Positions 1 through 8,744 of a DNA stretch of 64,000 nt are shown here, piece after piece (within the stretch, counting starts at the first letter, position 1; the number at the start of each line of letters is the position of its first letter). Source of the DNA: Rhodospirillales bacterium (GTDB taxonomy: Bacteria > Pseudomonadota > Alphaproteobacteria > Micavibrionales > Micavibrionaceae); assembly GCA_020638175.1 (NCBI GenBank), contig JACKJA010000002.1, forward strand, positions 1,478,522-1,542,521, read 5' to 3'. The position numbers were made by a program, and so were the translations under genes. The notes under the pieces are model-generated. The model made no database searches. It was not told the DNA's origin and saw nothing but the letters and a program-made list of their open reading frames with translations.

Positions 1-534
1 CTCCTTGCCTGTTCCCGGCTCGCCGGTAATCAAAACCCGGCTGTTAGTCTGCGCTACCCGTGACAACATCTGGCGCAGAGCCGTTATCGCATGGGAATCT
101 CCCACCAGCTCGGACGGTCCCTGCGCCTTTTCTCTCAATTTTTTGTTTTCCCGCACCAGCTTGGCGTTTTCGAGCGCCCGTTCGATCATCAAAAGCAAAC
201 GGTCGGTTTTAAACGGCTTTTCGATAAAATCATAAGCCCCCTGTTTAATGGCGCTGACCGCCGTTTCAATCGTGCCGTGTCCGCTAATCATCAGAACAGG
301 AATATCGGCATGCGCAGCCTTGATAGTTTCCAGGATTTGCAGCCCGTCATGCGTGCTGTCCTTCAGCCAGATGTCCAGAATCACCAGATTCGGTTCACAG
401 TCTTCTATCTGGGCATAAGCATCATCCGAATTCCCCGCTTGCCGGATGGCATAGCCCTCATCCTGCAAAATCCCCTGCAGCGCCAGACGAATATCGGCTT
501 CATCATCAATAATCAAAATATCGGCTTTACTCAT
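1..534 (-). CDS. ntrX: Sigma-54-dependent response regulator NtrX, N-terminal part; the gene runs off the window start
   Basis: Reverse-strand ATG at 532-534 translates to MSKADILIIDDEADIRLALQGILQDEGY...PVLMISGHGTIETAVSAIKQGAYDFIEKPF...ITGEPGTGKE. This is a receiver domain followed by the start of an AAA+ Walker A. It lies directly downstream of ntrY. It is absent from the ORF track because its stop is outside the window. Confidence 0.85.
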   Translation of the reverse strand, partial: MSKADILIIDDEADIRLALQGILQDEGYAIRQAGNSDDAYAQIEDCEPNLVILDIWLKDSTHDGLQILETIKAAHADIPVLMISGHGTIETAVSAIKQGAYDFIEKPFKTDRLLLMIERALENAKLVRENKKLREKAQGPSELVGDSHAITALRQMLSRVAQTNSRVLITGEPGTGKE

Positions 535-554
535 TTTTTGCCTTTTCTTTTTTT

Positions 555-2819
555 CTATGCCGCTTGGATTTCAAGCATGTCTTCCCCTTCGGCGGGCAAC
601 ACCAGAATAACCGTGGCTCCGCCAAGATTTACCCAGTCTTTTTGGTCTTTCAGCCAGCCCGGAACGCCCAGAACCAGACGCCCGTGATGATCGTCCATAA
701 TCTTTTTGACGATCGCCAGCCCCAAACCGGTTCCCTTGGCCTTGTGCGTAACGTAGGGCTCCGTCAGGTTATCGACGTTCTCTTCACCGGGTAGTCCCAG
801 ACCGTTGTCCGTCACTGCCACAAAAATATCCTGTCCATGACAGGACATCAAAATGTCGATCCGCCCCGCAACAGAATCCTGTTCCTGCCGCGCATGAATG
901 GAATCGATGGCGTTTTGAATAATGTTGGTCATCGCCTGCCGGATTTGCCGGGTATCAAAAGCGGCGAACACGGCTTCATCCCCTTCGTTCAGCCCCGTCA
1001 AACCAAATGAAATATCGGGATGCGCTTGCTGCTCCAGCGTCAGCATATCCCGGATCGAGCGCCCCAGATCATCACGCTTGATAACCGGTTCGGGCATCCG
1101 CGCAAAAGCTGAAAATTCATTGACCATCCGCCCGATATCCCCGACATGATGAATAATCGTATCGGTGCATTGCGCGAAAATATCCTGATCGTCCTTGATC
1201 TGCGACAGGTATTTGCGTTTCAAACGCTCGGCGGAAAGTTGTATCGGCGTCAGCGGATTTTTAATCTCATGCGCGATCCGCCGGGCCACATCCGCCCAGG
1301 CTGCTTTACGCTGCGCCGATTGCAATTCGGTAATATCATCGAACGTCAGAACAGCGCCTTTATCTTCCTCGCCCAACATCTCAATCGCCATCCGCACCAG
1401 CAAAACCCGTTTCGTCCCGTCCTGACAAACATAAGGCAATTCGAACTGGGTAATTTTACCCGGTTTTTGATGAGCTTGCTCCAAAAGCGGCGCCAGATCG
1501 GGAATGATAGCGGTAATGAGCTGACCAGACAGTGCATCACTTTCCGTTTGAAACAGTTCGCAAGCCGAGTTATTCACGAGCCGCACCACGCCTTTTTCGT
1601 CAACCCCGACAATCCCGGCGGATACACCGGCCAGAACCGTTTCGATAAAATGACGGCGCTGGTCAATCTGACGGTTGGCAGCCACCAGCTCATCACGCTG
1701 CTCCTGCAACTGGCTGGTCATCCGGTTAAAGGTCCGCGCCAACAAGGTAAATTCATCGCCTCGACGAAATTCCCGCACCCGCGCCGTCAGGTCACCGCCC
1801 CGCACCCGTTCCGCGGCCGTAATCAGCTCGCCAATCGGCAAAACAAGCTGCCGGGCAAAAATCAACCCGAACCACGTCGCCGCCAACAATAACAACAGCG
1901 CCACCACGACAAAAATCAGGGTTATTTTGACCTGCAAATTGGAATACTGCCCTTCCAGCGCTTCATAAGCCGCCACAGCCTGCCGGGTATCGGCCAGATA
2001 GGACAAGACCGTCGGATCGACCATCCGCCCGACAAACAAATAAGCGTCGGCAAAATTCTCCAGCCGCACAAGTGCCCGCACCCGGTCGTCATCCTCGCTG
2101 GTCATCAGGACAATCTCACCGGCATCAGCCTCCGCCAGATCGACTGAGCGCAATTCCGCAAACGCCGGAGAAATTTCAACGCCGGCATGCGCCAGCACCT
2201 GCCCGGCCCGGTCAAAAACAATCACTTCCGAAAAATTACGCAGCAAAGACTGCGTCCGCATGACCTTGGCAAACGCCTCCAGATTTTCCGTCAGAATTTC
2301 GGCCTGACGGTTCAGGTCATTGGCCATGCCCATCATATCAACCCGGATAACCTGCTGGTGTTCGCGCAAATACGCCTCGGCAACTGCCTGCGAGCGGTTA
2401 ACCGCCGTGCTGACCCGTTCGCTAAACCAGCTTTGCACCCCGAAATGCAAAAAGAAAGCGGCAAAAACCGTCATCAAAATCGCCGGCGTTGCCGCCAGAA
2501 GCCCAAAGACAAAGACCAGCCGCACATGCAGGCGTGATCCCGCCAGTCCACGCCGTCGCCCGCTCCACAAATTAGCGATCCGCCGGGCAATCAAAATCCC
2601 CAGCACCAGCAAAATCACCATATCAAGGTTCAAAAGCCAGATAACGGTTTCAGGATCACTACCGAAAGGCGGTGCTTCAGTCAAAGCGGCATAAGTCGAA
2701 AAACCGCTCAGGATCGCCGCAAAAATCAGCAAAAGCGCCAAACGGTTCCCCCAGTCACTGCCAACGCGGGCCAGCAACGCGATTTTTGCGAAAAGATTTT
2801 TATTCAAAGGGAACGGCAT
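555..2819 (-). CDS. ntrY: Nitrogen-regulation sensor histidine kinase NtrY (TM-HAMP-PAS-HisKA-HATPase)
   Basis: The 798-aa ORF (555..2951) has multiple N-terminal TM helices, a HAMP-like segment, an H-box (AHEIKNPLTPIQLSAERL) and G-boxes (DNGLGLP, GTGLGLAIV). I prefer the internal Met at 2819 (MPFPLNKNLF...), which gives about 754 aa and a sensible divergent spacer to ispDF. Confidence 0.85.
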   Translation of the reverse strand: MPFPLNKNLFAKIALLARVGSDWGNRLALLLIFAAILSGFSTYAALTEAPPFGSDPETVIWLLNLDMVILLVLGILIARRIANLWSGRRRGLAGSRLHVRLVFVFGLLAATPAILMTVFAAFFLHFGVQSWFSERVSTAVNRSQAVAEAYLREHQQVIRVDMMGMANDLNRQAEILTENLEAFAKVMRTQSLLRNFSEVIVFDRAGQVLAHAGVEISPAFAELRSVDLAEADAGEIVLMTSEDDDRVRALVRLENFADAYLFVGRMVDPTVLSYLADTRQAVAAYEALEGQYSNLQVKITLIFVVVALLLLLAATWFGLIFARQLVLPIGELITAAERVRGGDLTARVREFRRGDEFTLLARTFNRMTSQLQEQRDELVAANRQIDQRRHFIETVLAGVSAGIVGVDEKGVVRLVNNSACELFQTESDALSGQLITAIIPDLAPLLEQAHQKPGKITQFELPYVCQDGTKRVLLVRMAIEMLGEEDKGAVLTFDDITELQSAQRKAAWADVARRIAHEIKNPLTPIQLSAERLKRKYLSQIKDDQDIFAQCTDTIIHHVGDIGRMVNEFSAFARMPEPVIKRDDLGRSIRDMLTLEQQAHPDISFGLTGLNEGDEAVFAAFDTRQIRQAMTNIIQNAIDSIHARQEQDSVAGRIDILMSCHGQDIFVAVTDNGLGLPGEENVDNLTEPYVTHKAKGTGLGLAIVKKIMDDHHGRLVLGVPGWLKDQKDWVNLGGATVILVLPAEGEDMLEIQAA

Positions 2820-2919
2820 TCTTAAAACTGTTTTATTATATGAATTTGTTTTGCTAGTGTGTCCACCAATGTGACTCTTGTATGACATTTTTGCAACAGT
2901 CAGCACAACATAGGAGCCT

Positions 2920-4110
2920 ATGAAAATTTCTGCAACAAATATCGACCCCATTCCCTTTTATGTCCTGATCGCCGCCGGCGGCAGCGGCACACGTCTGGGC
3001 GGAGATCGGCCAAAACAATACCGGTCCGTTGCGGGAAAAACCATACTGCGCCACACGATCGAGGCCTTCCTGACCTGCCCCGGCCTCCGGCAAATTCGTG
3101 TCATCATCGACCCGGCCCATGCAAAATGGTATCAGGAAAGCGTCACGGGTCTGGATATGCTGCCTCCCATCAACGGCGGAGAAGAAAGAAATGATAGTGT
3201 TTCAAATGGATTAAACAAATTTTCTAATCTAAAAGATAAAGATATAATTTTGATCCACGACGCGGCCCGCCCGTTCGTATCACGCGGGGAAATCGAGCAA
3301 ACCGTCATCCGCGTCAAGGAAACCGGCGCCGCGACACTGGCCGCCCCGGTTAGCGATACACTACGCCACACAAACGGCCATTACATCGACCGCACCGGCC
3401 TGTGGGCCGTCCAGACCCCGCAGGGCTTTCACTATGGCCTGATCCGCCGCGCCCATGAGAAAGCCGACCCCGCCGTCAAATACACCGATGACACAGCCAT
3501 GGTGGCCGCGCTGGGACATCCGGTTGAAATCGTCACCGGATCGCGCCGCAACTTCAAAATCACAACGGCAGAGGACATGAACATGGCTGAACAGCTTATA
3601 ACGGCGCCCCCCGCAACAGAAACGCGTATTGGCAGCGGCTTTGACGTCCACGCGTTCACAGCGCAAACGACCACTGCCATCCGTATCGGCGGCATTGATA
3701 TCCCGCACGACAAAGGGCTGGCGGGACATTCCGATGCCGACGTTGCCCTGCACGCCCTGACGGATGCGCTCCTCGGAACGATCGGCGCGGGCGATATCGG
3801 CCAGCACTTCCCGCCCTCGGACCCGCAATGGAAAGGCGCCGACAGCGCCCTCTTCCTCGAAAAAGCGGTTCACCTCGTAAAAGAACAAGGCGGCGCCATC
3901 AACAACATGGACCTGACCATTATCTGCGAAACGCCCAAAATCGGCCCATACCGTGAAGCGATACGCGCCCGCATAGCCAAAATTTGCAGCATTGATGAAA
4001 GCCGTATCAATATCAAAGGCACCACGACAGAAAAACTCGGCTTCACCGGCCGCGGCGAAGGCATCGCCGCTCAGGCAGCCGCCACCATTCAACTGCCCAA
4101 GGAAAGCTAA
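2920..4110 (+). CDS. ispDF: Bifunctional IspD/IspF (MEP cytidylyltransferase / MEcPP synthase)
   Basis: The N-terminus (AAGGSGTRLG...PKQY) is IspD-like. The C-terminus (RIGSGFDVHAF...GHSDADVALHALTDALLG) is IspF-like. 396 aa. Confidence 0.93.
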   Translation: MKISATNIDPIPFYVLIAAGGSGTRLGGDRPKQYRSVAGKTILRHTIEAFLTCPGLRQIRVIIDPAHAKWYQESVTGLDMLPPINGGEERNDSVSNGLNKFSNLKDKDIILIHDAARPFVSRGEIEQTVIRVKETGAATLAAPVSDTLRHTNGHYIDRTGLWAVQTPQGFHYGLIRRAHEKADPAVKYTDDTAMVAALGHPVEIVTGSRRNFKITTAEDMNMAEQLITAPPATETRIGSGFDVHAFTAQTTTAIRIGGIDIPHDKGLAGHSDADVALHALTDALLGTIGAGDIGQHFPPSDPQWKGADSALFLEKAVHLVKEQGGAINNMDLTIICETPKIGPYREAIRARIAKICSIDESRINIKGTTTEKLGFTGRGEGIAAQAAATIQLPKES

Positions 4111-4113
4111 ACC

Positions 4114-4605
4114 ATGCTCGACCGCGACCTGATTCAAAAACTCGATTTCAAAGACCGGTCTGTTTGGCTGGCAACATGGCTGGGATGCGGCTTGATGAAA
4201 CCAGCACCCGGCACATGGGGAACGATTGGCGCCCTGCCCTTTGGCATAGCGCTGCTGCTCATCGACGGCTGGCCGCTTTTGCTGGCCGCAGCCATCATTA
4301 TCTTTGCCGCAGGCTATAAAGCCGCGGAAAAATTCGAAACCATGACCAAAACCCACGACAACAGCGCCATCGTCGTCGATGAAGTCGTCGGGGTATGGAT
4401 TGCCATGCTCCCCGCGGCGCTCGTCCCCGTGCATATTCTTATTGCCTTTGCGCTGTTCCGGTTCTTTGATATTCTCAAACCGTGGCCAGTCGGCTGGGCG
4501 GATAAAAAATTGCCCGGCGCACTGGGCGTCATGGCGGATGACGTTCTGGCCGGCGTATATGCGGCACTAATTATAGGAGGGTTACGCTATGCAGGAATTA
4601 TTTGA
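4114..4605 (+). CDS. pgpA: Phosphatidylglycerophosphatase A
   Basis: 163 aa and membrane-associated. It has the PgpA motifs PAPGTWGT and DEVVG...FDILKPWP, and starts 4 nt after ispDF. Confidence 0.85.
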   Translation: MLDRDLIQKLDFKDRSVWLATWLGCGLMKPAPGTWGTIGALPFGIALLLIDGWPLLLAAAIIIFAAGYKAAEKFETMTKTHDNSAIVVDEVVGVWIAMLPAALVPVHILIAFALFRFFDILKPWPVGWADKKLPGALGVMADDVLAGVYAALIIGGLRYAGII

Positions 4606-5059
4606 TCTACTCGATAAAAACAACATGCGGCTGGTTTCAGCCGAAAGCTGCACCGGCGGCATGATTGCGGCGGCGATCACCGATATCCCCGGCTCTTCAC
4701 GAGTCTTTGAGCGCGGCTTTGTCACTTACGCCAACGAAGCGAAAGGCGAAATGCTGAACGTTGCCGTCGAAACCATCCAGCAATTCGGCGCCGTCAGCGG
4801 CCCGACGGTCGAGGAAATGGTCCGCGGCGCCCTGCATAACAGCCGCGGCAACATCGCCGTCGCCACAACCGGCATCGCCGGCCCCACCGGCGGCACGGGA
4901 ACCAAACCCGTCGGCACGGTTTATATCGGCGTCGGCGTCAAGGGCCACCCGGTCAAAAGCTATGAACACCACTTTAAAGGTGATCGCGCCGCCGTTCGTC
5001 AGCAAAGTGTCGATGCGGCCATCAAGCATCTCGTGAACCTCATCAAGGAAACCCCGTGA
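4589..5059 (+). CDS. CinA-family C-terminal domain protein (nicotinamide-nucleotide amidohydrolase PncC-like)
   Basis: 156 aa with SAESCTGGMIAAAITDIPGSS...VAVATTGIAGPTGG, typical of the CinA/PncC domain. Confidence 0.85.
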   Translation: MQELFDLLDKNNMRLVSAESCTGGMIAAAITDIPGSSRVFERGFVTYANEAKGEMLNVAVETIQQFGAVSGPTVEEMVRGALHNSRGNIAVATTGIAGPTGGTGTKPVGTVYIGVGVKGHPVKSYEHHFKGDRAAVRQQSVDAAIKHLVNLIKETP

Positions 5060-5964
5060 CAAAAATCGCCTTTGTATCGTCGGCCGACCACAATTATTTT
5101 CCGATGCTTCTGGAATGGGTTCATTGCATCCGCTCCTTCGGCGAGAGCAAAGACATGGATATCTGCATCATGGATTCCGGCATGACGCCGGAGCAGATCG
5201 AAAAACTCCGCCCGCTGGTCACAACGATCATCGATCCGGACTGGCCCTGCCCGATCCCGGCCTACAAAATTAGGGGCCGAGAATATTTGAAAGCCTGCGT
5301 CGCCCGCCCGTTCATGAAGAACTATTTCCCCGGTTACGACCTCTATTTCTGGATGGATGCCGATACATGGGTGCAAAACTGGGAAGCTGTCGAGCTGTTC
5401 ATCACCGGCGGCCTGCGTAAAAAAATCACCCTGACCGGCCAAGTCGACCGCGCCTACCCGCGCCAGATCCGCGTTAAATGGCTAGGCCGCTGGCCATGGA
5501 AAGTCCGCGGCTTTTATTTCTCCAACGCCCTGCGTGCGTTCGGGTTTAAACGCGCCAAAGAACTTCTGCCCTACCACGTACTACTGGCCGGTGCCTTTTG
5601 CCTGCACAAAGACGCGCCGCATTGGGACCGCTGGCAGGAACTCGTCAAAACCGCCGTAAAAAAAGGGAAAGTTTTTACCGCCGAACAGCTCTCGCTCGGC
5701 ATCATGTGCTATCTCGAAGGCTACGAATTTGAAATACTGCCCGGCTGGGTCCACTGGCTGTGCGAATTCAAACCACTGTGGGATACCGAAAAGGAAAAAT
5801 GGGTCGAACCCTACTTACCCCATCACGAAATCGGAATTTTACACCTGTCCGGCTTTGATGAAATGCGCATCAACCGGGCCGTCACAACCGACTTCAAAAC
5901 CCTGCAGGGCGGCACGATCGAAAAGAACTATCGCTACCCGGCTTTTGACGGCGAAACCCCATAG
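5056..5964 (+). CDS. Putative nucleotide-diphospho-sugar (GT8-like) glycosyltransferase
   Basis: 302 aa. The N-terminus (IAFVSSADHNYFPML) plus a DxD-like motif (WMDADTW) resemble GT-A fold family-8 enzymes. The GTG start overlaps the cinA stop (GTGA). Confidence 0.5.
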   Translation: MTKIAFVSSADHNYFPMLLEWVHCIRSFGESKDMDICIMDSGMTPEQIEKLRPLVTTIIDPDWPCPIPAYKIRGREYLKACVARPFMKNYFPGYDLYFWMDADTWVQNWEAVELFITGGLRKKITLTGQVDRAYPRQIRVKWLGRWPWKVRGFYFSNALRAFGFKRAKELLPYHVLLAGAFCLHKDAPHWDRWQELVKTAVKKGKVFTAEQLSLGIMCYLEGYEFEILPGWVHWLCEFKPLWDTEKEKWVEPYLPHHEIGILHLSGFDEMRINRAVTTDFKTLQGGTIEKNYRYPAFDGETP

Positions 5965-6386
5965 AGCGCCGCCGCCCGCTTCTCGAACGCGTCAACCATT
6001 TTCTTAATGGCTTCGTTAAAGAAAGCGGTTATAACGCCTTGTAAAAAAGGGTTTTTAAAGTCAAAATCAACATAGAAATCAATCGTACATGACCCGTCTG
6101 GCTCTTCGATGAACCGCCAATGGTTCGACAGGTGCCGCATCGGCCCCTTCATGTATTCGACATGGATATGATCGGGCCGTAGCGCCGTAACTTTCGATGT
6201 AAACGTCTCCCGCACCATCTTGTAGCCAATCACAAGGTCTGCATAAAACACATCACCCTCGCGCTTGTTGATCCGGCTGGCCAGACACCAGGGCAAAAAT
6301 TCCGGATACTGATCCACCCCGGCGACAAGGTCAAAGAGCTGCTCGGCCGTATAGGGCATATGACGTTTTTCGGTGTGCTGAGGCAT
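5934..6386 (-). CDS. ratA: SRPBCC-fold RatA/COQ10-like protein (polyketide cyclase/dehydrase family)
   Basis: YTAEQLFDLVAGVDQYPEFLPWC...RLSNHWRF is typical of RatA/Coq10. The ORF extends to 6452, but the Met at 6386 (MPQHTEKRHMPY) is the more likely start. Confidence 0.8.
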   Translation of the reverse strand: MPQHTEKRHMPYTAEQLFDLVAGVDQYPEFLPWCLASRINKREGDVFYADLVIGYKMVRETFTSKVTALRPDHIHVEYMKGPMRHLSNHWRFIEEPDGSCTIDFYVDFDFKNPFLQGVITAFFNEAIKKMVDAFEKRAAALYGVSPSKAG

Positions 6387-6464
6387 TTTTTTCTTGCAAA
6401 AAAGTAAAGATATTCGATATCCTGAAAGTGGAGGCTTTGCAGGGAACTGCATTGCCTTTTTTGT

Positions 6465-7322
6465 TTATTCGAGGTCACGCTCCGACCGCGTACGCAAATC
6501 CGTTATATGTTTGAAACTCCATATTTCATGCCCCTCCCGTATCGTTCTATACCGTAACGAAGACACCTGTGAAACAAAGTCGTTTAACTCTTCCCGCGCC
6601 GGTTTTGCCATATATCGCGTTCTGAATCCCCATGACACGATATAGGAGATCAAATCCGCAACCTGAATTCCCGTCGTCAAGTCACTATGTACAAAAAACG
6701 GTTCAGGCACGATTAAATTTGAACGAAGTCGTCCTGTCGCCGTTTCCTTGAAATACTCATCCATCTGACCGATCAGAATGTGACTTTGACTTTTTTCCAG
6801 TTCATCAAAGACAACGATACCTTGCTCACGCGGCCTTTGCTCATCAAGGAAATAATAAAAGCGTTCCAACAAAAAGCCGTAATCTTTTCTCAAACCATCA
6901 GAAGCTGTCCTCTCCGCGTCAGTCTCTACGATACTGGCAAAAGCCCGGCATCCGAAACGGGAGCAAATATTGAAAAGCTCTTGCGTATAATTTAGCTTAG
7001 CCAGCGCAAGTGCCTTGATTTGCTCAACGGTCGCGTCTCCTCCTGAAACAAGCGCTTGTTTTGCCAAAAATGAAACCTCTTCCGGCGATACATCCACGCT
7101 CAAACCGGCTTGCCTGAACACTTTCTTTTTGAGAATTTTACGTCCCTTAAGCTCCCTTGTTCCAAGGCTATACCGTTGTCCGAAACACTTCTCTTCAAGC
7201 CCATGCAGAGCTGTAATCAAGTTCCATAAATCCCTGTCCTGTATACAAACGCCACCAAGGACTTCATATGGAGCTTCTTTTCGGTCATGTCCCGATTCAT
7301 CAATAAATAAAAAGTAGGCCAT
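6465..7322 (-). CDS. DUF3800-family protein, function unknown
   Basis: 285 aa. The N-terminus (FLFIDESGHD) and C-terminus (IQVADLISY) match the conserved DUF3800 signature as I recall it. The gene is visibly lower in G+C than its neighbours and starts 5 nt after the lipA stop. Confidence 0.7.
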   Translation of the reverse strand: MAYFLFIDESGHDRKEAPYEVLGGVCIQDRDLWNLITALHGLEEKCFGQRYSLGTRELKGRKILKKKVFRQAGLSVDVSPEEVSFLAKQALVSGGDATVEQIKALALAKLNYTQELFNICSRFGCRAFASIVETDAERTASDGLRKDYGFLLERFYYFLDEQRPREQGIVVFDELEKSQSHILIGQMDEYFKETATGRLRSNLIVPEPFFVHSDLTTGIQVADLISYIVSWGFRTRYMAKPAREELNDFVSQVSSLRYRTIREGHEIWSFKHITDLRTRSERDLE

Positions 7323-7327
7323 AACAT

Positions 7328-8287
7328 CTATTCCGCCGCGGCCAGTTTCGCGGCCCGCGCCGCCTTGAGCTTTTCGAAATCCGCACCCGCATGATGGGAA
7401 GACCGCGTCAATGGCGTCGCCGATACCATCAGGAATCCCTTGTTATATGCCAACTTCTCCAGCTCTTTAAATTCGCCGGGCGTCCAGAATTTCTCGACCG
7501 GCGCGTGCTTCGGGCTGGGCTGGAGGTACTGACCGATCGTGATAAAATCGACATCGGCGGCACGCATATCGTCCATCACTTGCGCAATTTCTTCCTTGGT
7601 TTCACCCAGACCAACCATCAAGCCCGACTTGGTAAAACTCTCCGGTTCAACTTCCTTGACCCGCTCCAGCAACCGCAGCGACGTAAAGTAACGCGCCCCC
7701 GGACGAATTGTCGGATACAACCGCGGCACAGTCTCCAGATTATGATTAAAAACATCAGGCCGCGCTTTTGCAACTATATCAACACTATCAAAGCATTTTT
7801 TAAAGTCAGGGGTCAGGATTTCAATCGTCGTCCCCGGTGACTTGTAGCGGATCGCCTCGATAGTCTTCACATAGTGGTCCGCCCCGCCATCGGGCAAATC
7901 ATCCCGGTCCACCGAGGTCACCACCACGTGTTTCAGCCCCATTTTCATCACAGCCACCCCGGTCCGCAGCGGCTCCATCTTATCAAGCGCCTCCGGCTTA
8001 CCCGTCGCGACATTACAAAAGCTGCACGCACGGGTGCAAACCTCCCCCATAATCATGAAACTCGCATGTTTTTGCTGCCAGCATTCCCCGATATTCGGGC
8101 AGCCCGCTTCCTCGCACACGGTATTCAGCTTGCCTTCATGGACAATCGCGCGGGTTTCTTCGTATACCTTGCCCTGCGGCGCCGGCACACGAATCCAGTC
8201 CGGCTTCTTCCCGCTTGGCCGGTCGGGGTTCTTTTGCTTTTCCGGATGCCGCTTGGCCCGGTCTGTTAATTTCGGATTATAGGTCAC
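7328..8287 (-). CDS. lipA: Lipoyl synthase
   Basis: Has the radical-SAM CSFCNV motif and the N-terminal cluster [12 protein letters not shown]. 319 aa. Confidence 0.95.
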   Translation of the reverse strand: MTYNPKLTDRAKRHPEKQKNPDRPSGKKPDWIRVPAPQGKVYEETRAIVHEGKLNTVCEEAGCPNIGECWQQKHASFMIMGEVCTRACSFCNVATGKPEALDKMEPLRTGVAVMKMGLKHVVVTSVDRDDLPDGGADHYVKTIEAIRYKSPGTTIEILTPDFKKCFDSVDIVAKARPDVFNHNLETVPRLYPTIRPGARYFTSLRLLERVKEVEPESFTKSGLMVGLGETKEEIAQVMDDMRAADVDFITIGQYLQPSPKHAPVEKFWTPGEFKELEKLAYNKGFLMVSATPLTRSSHHAGADFEKLKAARAAKLAAAE

Positions 8288-8325
8288 AATGGAGTCCTGT
8301 TTTCAAATTATTCCCGGCAACCACA

Positions 8326-8721
8326 CTAATCAGCTCGCTCTGCAAGAACGCGATCATAAGCATAGATCCGATCCAGCAATGTTTCGACAACCAGCTTCAT
8401 CAACGGCGGAGACTTCGTCAGCATGTTATCCAGATATTCTCGGCTAATCACGTAGACTTCGGCATCTGTCACCGCTTCGACATCCAGCGTATGGTATTTA
8501 TGGGCCATCAGAGCCATCTCACCAATCAACTCTCCGGCCCCCAAATTGGCAATTTTATGGTGCACACCGCTCCCCGGCACCTTTTTATAGACCTCGACTA
8601 CACCATCCTTAATCAAATAAGCCGCCGCAGGCATTTCCCCGGCACGGATGATTTGGCTTCCTTTTTTGAAAACCTTGATTTCATGATCGGAAAGAACGGG
8701 AACAGTCATCTGCAACCTCAC
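8326..8721 (-). CDS. Stand-alone cyclic-nucleotide-binding (cNMP) domain protein
   Basis: 131 aa. FKKGSQIIRAGEMPAAAYLIKDGVVEVY...GAGELIGEMALM resembles the Crp/PKA-type effector domain. No HTH or other output domain is present. Confidence 0.65.
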   Translation of the reverse strand: MRLQMTVPVLSDHEIKVFKKGSQIIRAGEMPAAAYLIKDGVVEVYKKVPGSGVHHKIANLGAGELIGEMALMAHKYHTLDVEAVTDAEVYVISREYLDNMLTKSPPLMKLVVETLLDRIYAYDRVLAERAD

Positions 8722-8744
8722 AAGCCAGTATAAAAACCGTTCTA

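Noticed and set aside
3361-4434. A long 357-aa minus-strand ORF antisense to ispDF/pgpA. Similar long antisense ORFs occur at 8751-9980, 13552-14634, 16425-17591, 34049-35143, 54725-56047 and 57800-58930.
   Set aside because: Each lies fully inside a confidently identified housekeeping gene on the other strand. Their translations are Arg/His/Pro/Gly-rich and low-complexity with no recognisable motifs. This is the typical shadow-ORF pattern of moderately GC-rich DNA.
6433-6462. A hairpin plus T-run (GGCTTTGCAG-ggaa-CTGCATTGCC-TTTTTT) between the DUF3800 and ratA-like genes, which looks like a terminator.
   Set aside because: It is oriented for plus-strand termination, but both flanking genes are on the minus strand. 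The stem also has a 2-nt internal mismatch. It may be a relic or an insulator against antisense transcription, but it is not supportable as a functional terminator.
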